A DNA stretch of 55,088 nt, from the NCBI GenBank assembly GCA_041697335.1, contig JBGUGD010000026.1, forward strand, positions 1 to 55,088, given 5' to 3'. This document shows positions 20,853 to 30,629 of this stretch, in pieces. Position numbers and translations under genes: made by a program. The stretch is from Vampirovibrionaceae bacterium NZW_1234 (GTDB lineage Bacteria > Cyanobacteriota > Vampirovibrionia > Vampirovibrionales > JAGQHJ01). A model generated the notes under the pieces. The model saw nothing but the letters and a program-made list of their open reading frames with translations, did not search any database and was not told the origin of the DNA. The first letter of the stretch is position 1; every line of letters starts with the position of its first letter.

Positions 20853-22076
20853 TTAAGCTGATGATGACGCTGTCTCTATCTTAGCAGAGGGAAATAAGGG
20901 GTACCGTCCCTGCATGGCGGACCATGTTTGAGCAAAGGCGGGCTGATCGTCCATCGTCTGAATAAGGGCCTTTATGTCAGTGAGCTTTTGCTGAGCCGGG
21001 ACATCCGGATTGGAAAGAATGAATTCGGAAGACAGGGTCAAAAAGCGTCGCAGGGATTGACGAAAACGGGCCTGATCCGCGTTGGACTCAAAGGGCCCGG
21101 CTTCGATGAGCAGATTGATCAGCCGGGTGCCCATAGTGCCAGAAGGGTCCTGTTTGTTGAAAAATGCCGCCAATGCCTTGCCGCCATGGTGTTGGTAGCG
21201 AATACCGGCGTTTTGCAGTCGTGCATGGTTCGCAAAGGACCTTCCCGAAGCGAGCTTCAAGAGACGTTCCTGGGTTTCCAGATCCGAAGTCTCCGCCAGC
21301 AGAGAGGAAAACGCCAGAGCATGAGTGGGTTGGGGCGGAAAGTAATGACTGGCAATCTGGCCTGCCATGTCCCAGCAGGCAATGCCTTTACGTCGATTTT
21401 CCTGAAGGACCTTGTCCTGAAGCGTGGGGCGAAACAGGTCAAAGAGCTTGTCAAAGTCGTTAATGAGAGGCGGCCCGGATTTTCTTGGGGCATAGAATAA
21501 CGCTCTTAAAGGGTTACCTGGCAACCCGGCCACATACAGGCCGGATTGAGTCAAGGTGTTCGCCATCTCCTGGGCAAAGCCTTCAAATTCTTCCGGGTCC
21601 GAGACCAGGGTCTTCAAGGCCTTGAGCTGCTCCTTGGGGTAAAAGTTTTTTAATGCCACCTGTACCTGAGGGGTTTCGAGCGCTTTGCGGATGCGCTGGG
21701 TCTTCTCGGGTGTTGCCAGAAGCTGACTGATGGGATCAATTTTAAGGGCAATTAAGGTGTCGTACCCGTTGAGGTGCATGCCGTAATGGGCTTGTACATC
21801 TTTCAGAAACAGATCCAGTTGTGGCGTCCGCTGCGCTTCGAAGGGTTTCTTGGCGTCGGGAATTTTTTTCAGGAAGGCCAGTAAGACCCCGGCCGGGGTC
21901 TTGGAAAACGACTCGTACAGTTGACCTTTCAAGTGGGTCTTTTCAGTCCAGGCAGCATTTTGGCCAAATGTGATCGTGTCACCCGATAGGCCGAGAGGTT
22001 TTATGCCTTGACGTTGGCCTGTTTTCAAGGAACGGTGTGGTGCTTGTGACGGCACCCGTGTCAACGAAATTTGCAT
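20853..22076 (-). CDS. Hypothetical protein (407 aa) with N-terminal ...DTITFG leader
   Basis: Long ORF with GGAG RBS; no family motif recognised. Confidence 0.7.
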   Translation of the reverse strand: MQISLTRVPSQAPHRSLKTGQRQGIKPLGLSGDTITFGQNAAWTEKTHLKGQLYESFSKTPAGVLLAFLKKIPDAKKPFEAQRTPQLDLFLKDVQAHYGMHLNGYDTLIALKIDPISQLLATPEKTQRIRKALETPQVQVALKNFYPKEQLKALKTLVSDPEEFEGFAQEMANTLTQSGLYVAGLPGNPLRALFYAPRKSGPPLINDFDKLFDLFRPTLQDKVLQENRRKGIACWDMAGQIASHYFPPQPTHALAFSSLLAETSDLETQERLLKLASGRSFANHARLQNAGIRYQHHGGKALAAFFNKQDPSGTMGTRLINLLIEAGPFESNADQARFRQSLRRFLTLSSEFILSNPDVPAQQKLTDIKALIQTMDDQPAFAQTWSAMQGRYPLFPSAKIETASSSA

Positions 22077-22271
22077 CCATCATCTCCCCAACCAACATGG
22101 TTTGTGACCCGTGACTACCTCGTGATGGTCCCATAAACATGGGTGTGCTTCAAGTAAACATAACGGTCTTAGGCTTCAGTGCGGGTTCAGTTTGTCGATA
22201 CGTGCCCGGGGGACCTTTTGTCCTCCAAAAAGCGGCCCCCAAAAATGGAGTAAAGGCAGTATACTCATAGT

Positions 22272-23147
22272 ATGAGCCGAACCTATCTGTACAACTGCAT
22301 GAAGGAAGGGCATCTGTGCCGCTGGCCTGATGGGGCCATGCCGTTGAACGTGTATATCGCACCCTTTACCTGGTACGAAAAGAAAAAACAGCAGGAATCC
22401 TATATGTATCACCAGATGGTTTTGGATTCCCTCAGCGAGTGGCGACGGGCGACCAATAATCTGGTGCGGTTTAACATTGTGGACCGGGTGCAGCAGTCTC
22501 AAATCAATTTTAAATGGCGTCGTGTGGACCGACGTTCCCTGGGGCATTGTCAGTATGAGCTGGACAGTCAGTTCCGTATTTTTTCGGCAGAGATTCAGAT
22601 CGGCATTTCCGACGGGCTGGTTCATGCCCAATACAACGATGCCAGTGAAGTGAAACATACCATATTGCATGAAATTGGCCACGCCCTCGGGCTGATTGAG
22701 CACAGTGATCACCCTTCTGACATTATGTACGTGCCTCACCAGTTTGGGGTGTATACGCTTTCGCCTCGTGACATGGAGACCATTACCTGGCTGTATTCCC
22801 TGCCCTTGGGGTTCAATTACAAATCTGCCGCGGCAAAGTACAACTTAAAAAGCGGCTTTACCATTAATGACGTGATCGATCGGATTGAAAAACGTCTGAA
22901 GGGCGATTCTCAAGAGGACGACGAGCCGATGGCGGAAACTGCACTGAAACCCGCCCTACAGCAACAACCCCAGGGGCGATCCTCGGTCATTCATGCCGCC
23001 AGCCTGGATGAGCAGCACCAGATCTTGAGTCAGATGGGCCAGTTTTATCTCAAAACCCAAAGCATCAAAATTGATCCCGGCACCCAAAAAAAATTGCACC
23101 AAAGCCTGATTAAAAAACACTTGCCGCCTCAGCCACCGGAATCCTAG
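22272..23147 (+). CDS. Matrixin-like (M10/metzincin) zinc metalloprotease
   Basis: HEIGHALGLIEHS zinc motif and Met-turn SDIMY. Confidence 0.88.
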   Translation: MSRTYLYNCMKEGHLCRWPDGAMPLNVYIAPFTWYEKKKQQESYMYHQMVLDSLSEWRRATNNLVRFNIVDRVQQSQINFKWRRVDRRSLGHCQYELDSQFRIFSAEIQIGISDGLVHAQYNDASEVKHTILHEIGHALGLIEHSDHPSDIMYVPHQFGVYTLSPRDMETITWLYSLPLGFNYKSAAAKYNLKSGFTINDVIDRIEKRLKGDSQEDDEPMAETALKPALQQQPQGRSSVIHAASLDEQHQILSQMGQFYLKTQSIKIDPGTQKKLHQSLIKKHLPPQPPES

Positions 23148-23446
23148 GGGTAATCCGTCATCTGTATTGAAAACACAGCTCCTGATTTTTGAACATTATT
23201 ACTGCTTTGAGTATTCGAGTTAAGAAGAGGAAAAGCCTTGGGACAGGGTTTTTTACGATAACTCTCGGCGGGGGGAAACCGGTTTTAAATCAGTGTCAAA
23301 TAAAAGGGGCTTTTTTAAATTTTCTTAACATTATTTAATAAAACATTCGATTTTGCTTGCGTGTTTATCATTTTTTACCAAGAATAAACAAGCATAAATT
23401 CTGTCTACTCTTTTTTGGTTGCGAGTATAAGGAGGAAACCCACATT

Positions 23447-24622
23447 ATGGTCACCGTTCAACCCACGGGGCTGAACTTTCGCGTGCTTTCGAAAAAGAAG
23501 CCCGTGGTTCTTGCCCACAAACCGCAGATTCGCTTTGGAAATGAGGAAAACAAGCCTGCCGAAACGATTCCTGTTGCACAACCCGTAAAATCCGCAAAAG
23601 GCGGTCGTGCCGGAAGCCTGGTTCACTGGGTCATGACAGCGTTGATGGGCGCTACGGCCACCACGGCTCTGGTTCAGAATCAAGCCACCCATAACTCCAT
23701 GACGTCCGGGAATCAGCAGTTGCAAGGCCAGCTGGCGCAACGCGATGCCGATTTGGCCGCATTACAAGCCCGTCTGGATCGCCGCATCGGGTTGGATCAG
23801 ATTGTCAATGTCGTCAATCGCGTCACCCCGGCCACCGTTCGTGTTGAAGGCTCTGCAGGCCTGGGGTCCGGGGTCATTATCCAGGACACTCGCGGACGAT
23901 TGTTCATCCTGACCAATGGTCACGTGACGGAAGATAATCAGATTGTTCGCCCCGGCCAGCAGGAAGGGGTTTATCACATCAAGGTCTATAATGGCAGTGA
24001 CAATCAGGCTCCCCTGGAGTTCGATGCGGCACCCGTAATGTTGGCCAACGGCCAGCGGGCACAGTCGTCTTCCGAGCATCATGATCTGTGCCTGTTGCAG
24101 ATTCCGCCGGATGTGCGACTCCCGGCTCATATTCGGCCGGTCCAGATGCGTGATATTACCCGAAATCCGCTTCAAGTGGGTGAAACCGTCGTTGCTGTCG
24201 GGAATCCCTATGGAAACCGCGATTCGGTGAGCAGTGGCATCATCAGTCACACCGATCGCAATTTCCGGTTGGAGCCCATGAACCGCTTCCTTCAAACCGA
24301 TGCCCCCATTAACCCGGGGAACTCCGGTGGCGGGTTGTTCGACCTGGAAGGTCGGTTGATTGGGATTAACACCTTGGGCTATCGCGGTGCCGATGGTTTA
24401 GGTGGTTCGATTCGCATTGACGTTGTTAAAGCGGTTCTGGAAAGCTGGGGTGTCCCGGTATTGGCTGAAGGCGAGCGTCCCTTTACCTTGCCCCAGGCCC
24501 CGGCACCACGGCCCAATCCGTTTGGTTTCCGCATTCCCACTCGCAAGGCCGATACGCCCAGTGTGCAGACGCCTTCGGCACCAAGTCAGTCCGCACCCAA
24601 GGTGGATGCTAAAAAAGACTAA
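23447..24622 (+). CDS. S1C/HtrA-like trypsin-fold serine protease lacking PDZ domain
   Basis: Triad TNGHV / HDLCLL / QTDAPINPGNSGG. GGAGG RBS before ATG 23447. Hydrophobic segment and short coiled coil precede the protease domain. Confidence 0.9.
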   Translation: MVTVQPTGLNFRVLSKKKPVVLAHKPQIRFGNEENKPAETIPVAQPVKSAKGGRAGSLVHWVMTALMGATATTALVQNQATHNSMTSGNQQLQGQLAQRDADLAALQARLDRRIGLDQIVNVVNRVTPATVRVEGSAGLGSGVIIQDTRGRLFILTNGHVTEDNQIVRPGQQEGVYHIKVYNGSDNQAPLEFDAAPVMLANGQRAQSSSEHHDLCLLQIPPDVRLPAHIRPVQMRDITRNPLQVGETVVAVGNPYGNRDSVSSGIISHTDRNFRLEPMNRFLQTDAPINPGNSGGGLFDLEGRLIGINTLGYRGADGLGGSIRIDVVKAVLESWGVPVLAEGERPFTLPQAPAPRPNPFGFRIPTRKADTPSVQTPSAPSQSAPKVDAKKD

Positions 24623-24683
24623 CTCTATCAAATCTAAGCAAAAAGAGCTCCCCAAGCTCATTACTTCCATACGATGCTTAGCT

Positions 24684-24713
24684 AACCTCTTCCTCGGAAG
24701 AGGTTTTCTTTTT
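24684..24713 (+). terminator. Intrinsic terminator after the serine protease
   Basis: AACCTCTTCC-TC-GGAAGAGGTT followed by TTCTTTTT. Confidence 0.7.
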
Positions 24714-24897
24714 GCCTGCCTTCAAGAAATTACCCTGGCAGGGAGGCCGATCTGAGCAACTACAATTCATCGTGGCGGCAATTTCAAGGAGGAGGCTTAC
24801 CAGTACACTCGTTATTGTCGAGTTACCTTTTTGCATGTTTCGAATTCACCTATCTTCGCAGGAACGATAAACACATCCACCACGATGCAGAATCAAG

Positions 24898-25593
24898 ATG
24901 AAAGTGAGGCTGGTCCCGATGCCATCTGTAATCCAATCCTCCCAGCCTATGGCTGATGCCGGACTTAAGCACGCCCAGGAGAAATCTTTACCGCTCTATT
25001 TACCCAGAGATATTGAGAACGTCGAGACGCATATACCCCCCGAAGAAATACCACCGCTTCAGGCAATGTTGACATGGATTAGAGAATTTATTATGCGTCC
25101 TCATCCGCAGTTGGGTCGCACCGGGGATGTCTGTCCCTTTGTGAACCCGTCCATGAAGCAGGATAAATGTTTCTTCGCCGTGGGCTACCCACAGGACTCC
25201 GCCAATGCCGATGACATTTTCCAGGTGGTTATGGCCTACGCAGAGCGATTTAAACTCATGGACCGACGGTTTCAAACGAGCTCGGGTGAACCGCATGATA
25301 GCCTGTTGACTTATGTGCTGGTTTTCCCTGATATTCCCTCGGAAAATACCGCCGCCTTGATGGAGCCGCTTCATAAGCGTTTGAAAACAGAACTTTTGAC
25401 CATGGATCTGATGGTCGGGCAGTTCTATCCGTCCTGCCATATTGGGGCCAGCCGAAATCCGGACTTTCGGCCCCTTCAGTCTCCTGTGCCCGCTTACGTA
25501 TTGCGCACGTTTATTGAAAGTGACTGGCGCTTTATCCAGGGCCATAAGCCCTGGGAATCCATGTACATCGAGCACTTTGGCAAGTCCGGCTAG
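24898..25593 (+). CDS. DUF6875-like protein
   Basis: W-x-x-E-F-I-x-RPHPQLGRxGxVCPFV and LMVGQFYP...NPDFRPLQSPVP motifs, recalled as DUF6875 (not verified by search). Confidence 0.65.
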   Translation: MKVRLVPMPSVIQSSQPMADAGLKHAQEKSLPLYLPRDIENVETHIPPEEIPPLQAMLTWIREFIMRPHPQLGRTGDVCPFVNPSMKQDKCFFAVGYPQDSANADDIFQVVMAYAERFKLMDRRFQTSSGEPHDSLLTYVLVFPDIPSENTAALMEPLHKRLKTELLTMDLMVGQFYPSCHIGASRNPDFRPLQSPVPAYVLRTFIESDWRFIQGHKPWESMYIEHFGKSG

Positions 25594-25626
25594 CACCTGA
25601 CAGAAAAATCAAAAAAATGACCTACA

Positions 25627-28215
25627 TCACCCCACGGGGGTGAAGGTGATACCCGATTGGGTCGGGTTCATCGAGACCTGAATGGTTTGGCCTTCTTTAA
25701 CCTGGTTCAGAATATAGGCCTTGGCCAAGGGCTTGCCGATGTGGGTTTGAAGCAGGTGCAATGCTTTTCTGCCGCCTTGGCGTTTTTCGGCTTTTGAAAT
25801 GGGTTTGAAGAGTTCTTTGGCCAGGAACGTCAGTACGTCTGGATCGAAGGTCAGCGTCATCTGTTTGTCGTCTTTGAGCCGGGCCGTGAATTTGTCCAGG
25901 TTCATCCGGATAATTTCTTGCTGAATCTCGTGAGTCAGTGCTTTGAAGTGAATGATGCCGTCCAGGCGGTTGACGAATTCCGGTTTCAGCAGGTCATGGA
26001 TGGCTCGGCTCTGGATTTCCTGGGCTTTGTCGTCCTGGGATTTTTCCTCTCGACCGGACAGGGCATGGAAGCCGAATCCGGCACGTCCTTCCTGATCTTG
26101 CGCTTCGGCTGAGCCTGCGTTGCTGGTGAAAATCACCATGGTATTGCTGGCATCCACGGTGCGACCGTGACCATCGGTCAAGCGGCCGTCATCCAGGAGT
26201 TGCAGCATGATATTTTGAACATCGGGATGGGCCTTTTCAAACTCGTCAAACAGGATGACGCTGTAAGGCCGGCGCTTGATGGCTCCGGTCAGCTGGCCTT
26301 CCAGGTCGAACCCCACGTAGCCCGGCGGGGAACCGATCAGGCGTGAGACCGAATGCTTTTCCATGTATTCGGTCATATCAATCCGGGTGAGGTTTTCTTC
26401 GCTCCCGGTCATCCACTCGGCCAGGGCTTTGGCCAACTCGGTTTTGCCAACCCCGGAGGGGCCCAGAAAGACAAATTTGCCCATGGGGCCATTCATCAAT
26501 TTCATACCGGTTCGAGCCAATATGACCGACTCGACGATTTCATTCACCGCATCGTCTTGGCCTTTGACCCGGCGCTTGAGAATCTGATCCAGGCGAACCA
26601 GCTTTTCTTTTTCCGATTCGGCCACCTGACCCATGGGAATGCCTGTCATCTGACTGATGACACTGGCCACATCGGCTCGACTGACTTCCGTCTGACCTTT
26701 TTCCCGGGCAATAATTCCGGCCTTGTCCATCACATCAATGGCTTTCAGGGGGAAGGGTTTGTCTCGCAGGTAGCTGGCGGTCAAGGTTACGATGTCTTTC
26801 AAGACCGGGTCAGGGTAGGACACCCGATGATGGGCCGAGGCCCGATCCCGAAAGCCCTGAAGAATCTGAACCACAGTTTCGGGGGCCAAGGGTTTAACCG
26901 AAACTTTTTCGTAGGGGGCGTCCAAGTGCTCGTCCCGTTCGATTTCAGCGTGAAACTCCCGCTCGGGGACTTCCAGTACCTGACGACAAAGCCATGTCTC
27001 GGGCAGATAATTCATCAGGCCGTGATAATTGCTCATGATCTTTTGTTCGAAGAGCTTGATGGGTTTGTCCCAAAACACAATGGCGTTGGGATCGGCCTTG
27101 ACGCTGTTGAGGAAATTGTCCAGTTCTTCCTTGGGTTTGGCAGCCGTAATCAGTTTTTTTAGATGAAGCTGGTAAACTCGGGCCTGGGCTAGATCGGGGG
27201 CCGCTTTGTTTTCGGCAATTCGTCGGGCCAGCCCCTCGATAACGGCAGTTCGACCGGTTCTGGCTTTGCCCACCAGCAGGGTTTGTTTGGTGACGCCGCT
27301 TTGAAGGGCCCGTTCAAGGGCGGTAATTTCGGCATCTCGACCATAAACGGGACGAATGTGTCCGGCTCGGGCTTCGGCGGTCAAATCTCGTACAAAAGCC
27401 GGTAATGAAGGTTCTGTAGGCTTATTGACAGGCACAAGCGCAGTTGATGTTACTGGGGCCGACGTTTTTGCCGGGGTTTCTGTCACGGAAGGTTGCTTTA
27501 CAGCAGCACGCAGCGGCCCTTTGGATTTGGAAAAGTGATTGTCCCGGAGGGTATCAAACTCCGTGCGATTCAGGCCCAAGCGTTTACTCGCAAGCTCAAT
27601 GGCGGTGGTGCCAAACATGGGGGAAAGGCATAGTCCCCAAAAAACATCGCTCATGCTCGCCCGATTTTCATGACCCATGAGCTGGGTATAGACCAGGACC
27701 GAACTCAACAGGTCCTGACCGGATTTAAAAATGGCGGTACGCACCACGGGGGGCAGTTTTTTCTGGATTTGCGCCGTGGGCGGATACCAGGACGTCAGTC
27801 GAGGTGATTTGGGTTCGGCTTCCGGCAGAGAAACCGCCTCCTGCTTGAGCCTGGCGGTCGCCTTTTTACTGAGACCGGCACGTTCCAGGTCGGTTAAAAA
27901 GGCCGTATCGGACGCGGCATAATCCAAAAAATTCTCGACAAAGCCATGGCGGAATTGCGACATCATGGGGCCCTCATACTGGGCGGCTGTCGGGCTTTGC
28001 CGGATTTCATCCGTAATGGTTTCGCAGGCTTGTTTAAATGCCAGGTTAATGGCCTGGATTGCAGCTGGATTCCAATCCAATCGGGGCTGTTCTATTCCTG
28101 CGGGCGAAATTTTACGTTGTGGATCAAATAAACTGCCAAACCGTGCGGATTGTTGGCATGGTGTTGATTTCCAATGCAACGAAGACGGCATAACCGATGT
28201 TACTTGCATCCCCAA
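25627..28215 (-). CDS. ClpA/ClpC-like HSP100 AAA+ ATPase with degenerate first ATPase domain and long unique N-terminus
   Basis: D2 is intact: GPSGVGKT, RIDMTEYMEKHSVSRLIGSPPGYVG, ILFDEFEKAHPDV, EFVNRLD. D1 is recognisable (RDLTAEARAG..PVYGRDAEI) but its motifs are altered. Confidence 0.9.
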   Translation of the reverse strand: MGMQVTSVMPSSLHWKSTPCQQSARFGSLFDPQRKISPAGIEQPRLDWNPAAIQAINLAFKQACETITDEIRQSPTAAQYEGPMMSQFRHGFVENFLDYAASDTAFLTDLERAGLSKKATARLKQEAVSLPEAEPKSPRLTSWYPPTAQIQKKLPPVVRTAIFKSGQDLLSSVLVYTQLMGHENRASMSDVFWGLCLSPMFGTTAIELASKRLGLNRTEFDTLRDNHFSKSKGPLRAAVKQPSVTETPAKTSAPVTSTALVPVNKPTEPSLPAFVRDLTAEARAGHIRPVYGRDAEITALERALQSGVTKQTLLVGKARTGRTAVIEGLARRIAENKAAPDLAQARVYQLHLKKLITAAKPKEELDNFLNSVKADPNAIVFWDKPIKLFEQKIMSNYHGLMNYLPETWLCRQVLEVPEREFHAEIERDEHLDAPYEKVSVKPLAPETVVQILQGFRDRASAHHRVSYPDPVLKDIVTLTASYLRDKPFPLKAIDVMDKAGIIAREKGQTEVSRADVASVISQMTGIPMGQVAESEKEKLVRLDQILKRRVKGQDDAVNEIVESVILARTGMKLMNGPMGKFVFLGPSGVGKTELAKALAEWMTGSEENLTRIDMTEYMEKHSVSRLIGSPPGYVGFDLEGQLTGAIKRRPYSVILFDEFEKAHPDVQNIMLQLLDDGRLTDGHGRTVDASNTMVIFTSNAGSAEAQDQEGRAGFGFHALSGREEKSQDDKAQEIQSRAIHDLLKPEFVNRLDGIIHFKALTHEIQQEIIRMNLDKFTARLKDDKQMTLTFDPDVLTFLAKELFKPISKAEKRQGGRKALHLLQTHIGKPLAKAYILNQVKEGQTIQVSMNPTQSGITFTPVG

Positions 28216-28551
28216 AATACTCCCATAACGCCCGCAGGCGGTTTGATGTCAACCAGAAGGTCACATTATCATAAAATAACAAGCAAAGCAAACAAATGCC
28301 TTGTCGGTCCAAACCGTCTATGTGAGCCAGGGCGTTCGCAGCGTAATAGCGGCGATGAAGATGCTTGTTTAATAAAAAGTGCTTGTTGGGGCGAAGACGA
28401 AAAGCCTTTATTTACGCCTGTTTTATGCCTGTGTTAACAGAATGTTAATGTTTCGTTCCGGGCCGAAATTCTCCGGTTTTTAAGCAAGTGGGGGAAATTT
28501 GTCCAGTTTGAAGATGAGGATCAGGTAAGGGGAACAGTAAAGGGAGATAAT

Positions 28552-29757
28552 ATGGGGGAAATTGCAGCCGTTAACCCGGCTCCATCAGGCGTTGTAACAC
28601 CCAATCCACAATCACGCCAGCCTGCCGCAGCACAGCCTGCAGCACCGGTTGAGGACAGACGCGGATTATTATCGTACTTGCCGTTTATGCGATCCGGGGT
28701 TCCGGCTAACGCACCTATTGACCCGAATAATCCACCAGCAGGTGTGGCGTTGTCCAATGGGGAACAAGTCCAACCGGAGGCTGCTGAGCAGGAACCTCCG
28801 GCAACAGGTTTTCTGGGGAAGCTGGGTCGATTTTTCAGCAATATTGGGAAGAGTTTTAAAAAGGACCCGGTTGGGTTTATGAAGAATCTGGCCATTGATC
28901 TGGGAACAGGTGTGGCCTGTACCGCCATTGCAGGTATCTTGATGGCAACGCCGTTGGGATTCTTCGGAGGACTGGCCGCCACCATGTTACTGGGCGGTGG
29001 GATTAAGGCAGGCCTCGGATCTTTCTTGGGCAATGGCCAATCCACGTGGGAAAACTTTAAATCCGGTGCCATTATCGGTGCTTTTGCACCCCTTGCTGCC
29101 GTTGCAGGTCGTGCCCTGTCTAGTTTCGCAGGAATTGGAAGCAAAGGAGCCTCTCAAGTCGCTGCGGCTGAGTCCGGTGGGATTGCGAGCACGCTGTATA
29201 ACTGGACACTAAGACCATTGGGCAATGGGGTTCGAGGGTTAATTCGCTTTATCGGAACCAATCCTATTGTTACCAAGGGGTATGGGTTCGAGTTTGCACA
29301 GCGGTTTCCCATGCTGGCGGCCTTGAATGGTCGTTTGGGAAGTGCCATGGCGTCTAATCTGGTTGCGCCTGCAGCTTATGCCAGTGTAACCCGAACTGCG
29401 GTCAGCTATGGCTTATATGGGGCTGGTTCTGGAGCTACCTACAGCTGGTTGAACGGCGCGTACCAGAATGCCTCTGCGCCTTCGGATACCATTATGAACC
29501 GCGCTCGGTATCCGTTTAGTTATGTCGGCAGCTTTGTCGGACGTTTGTTCTCAGAAGATGGGGCCGTGGATGCCACTGGCGGTGGCCTGATTGGCATGGG
29601 TACCGGGGCTACGGTCGCGGCAGGCCCAAGCCTGGTGGGCGGAAGTGCACGTCTTGCCTATCAAGGAGTTACTCGCATTGGCAGTCGGACGCCTACAGCG
29701 GCTGCCACACCGACGCCGGTTGCGGCATCGGGCACCCCAGTACCTGTGGCGCCATAA
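28552..29757 (+). CDS. Gly/Ala-rich multi-hydrophobic-segment hypothetical protein
   Basis: GGGAGA RBS, Pro/Ala-rich disordered termini and several Gly-rich hydrophobic helices. Confidence 0.7.
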   Translation: MGEIAAVNPAPSGVVTPNPQSRQPAAAQPAAPVEDRRGLLSYLPFMRSGVPANAPIDPNNPPAGVALSNGEQVQPEAAEQEPPATGFLGKLGRFFSNIGKSFKKDPVGFMKNLAIDLGTGVACTAIAGILMATPLGFFGGLAATMLLGGGIKAGLGSFLGNGQSTWENFKSGAIIGAFAPLAAVAGRALSSFAGIGSKGASQVAAAESGGIASTLYNWTLRPLGNGVRGLIRFIGTNPIVTKGYGFEFAQRFPMLAALNGRLGSAMASNLVAPAAYASVTRTAVSYGLYGAGSGATYSWLNGAYQNASAPSDTIMNRARYPFSYVGSFVGRLFSEDGAVDATGGGLIGMGTGATVAAGPSLVGGSARLAYQGVTRIGSRTPTAAATPTPVAASGTPVPVAP

Positions 29758-30080
29758 CACGTCCTTCTTCTGTACATTAAAATTAGGGCAGGAAGGTTTC
29801 GGTTCCGGGAGTTAGGGGATCGACTCTCCTGCCCTCTGGGGTTTGAAGGAGACTTTCATAGATCGCTGGCCGGAGAAAAACCGAGGGTAAAAATATCTGG
29901 CGTTCTGTAAATCAACAGAATCCCCATCCAATCCGAGGATCATGAATCGGGCTTTACATTGGGGTTTAGATCAAAAAATTCAAGGGCATTTATCCTGTGA
30001 GACAGGTCAACGTGGTTGGCTTTAAAAACACAGTTATTGTTTGTTAAGGTCTAGTGAAGTACCAGAAAGGGTTTTAGACA

Positions 30081-30524
30081 ATGAAGAAAGCGTTTATCGC
30101 GCTGGTTGCCGCGACCGTTTTGATGTCCGGCGCCGCTTTTGCTGAAAAAGTATGCTCTGTAAAAGATGGTGATACCGTTAAACTGTGCAACGGCAAGACC
30201 GTTCGATTGGATGGTATTGAGGCACCGAATCTGCGGCAGCCTTTTGGTCCGGATGCTCGAAATTACCTTAGAGAGCGGGTGCTTAATCAGGAAGTCACCA
30301 TGAATTGCCGGGATCATGGGGCCTTTCATGATATCTGCACGATGCAGCTCAATGGCGCCGATCTTCAGGAAGAAATGGTGCGCCAGGGCTTTGCCTTCGA
30401 CAACCATCGCTTCTCCCAGGGCAAGTATGCCCAGGCTGAAGCTGATGCCCGTCAAAGCCGCCGCGGCATGTGGCTGCAATCCGAAGGCAGCATCCGTTCT
30501 CAGGAATTTGGTAGAGAGCCATAG
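30081..30524 (+). CDS. Secreted thermonuclease (SNase)-family protein
   Basis: Signal peptide; VKDGDT, VRLDGIEAP, QPFG..A, MVRQGFA and AEADARQSRRGMW motifs. Confidence 0.85.
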   Translation: MKKAFIALVAATVLMSGAAFAEKVCSVKDGDTVKLCNGKTVRLDGIEAPNLRQPFGPDARNYLRERVLNQEVTMNCRDHGAFHDICTMQLNGADLQEEMVRQGFAFDNHRFSQGKYAQAEADARQSRRGMWLQSEGSIRSQEFGREP

Positions 30525-30548
30525 GACATTTGTCCTCTGGATGAGGTC

Positions 30549-30591
30549 AAAAACGTCCGCTGCTCTTCTTGCGAGTGGCGGGCGTTTTTTT
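30549..30591. terminator. Bidirectional terminator between nuclease and preA
   Basis: AAAAACGTCCGCTGCTC...GAGTGGCGGGCGTTTTTT, with A and T tails on either side. Confidence 0.7.
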
Positions 30592-30629
30592 CAGGAAGCC
30601 GCTAGATTTGACTGGGCTCGGCCAAAGGG

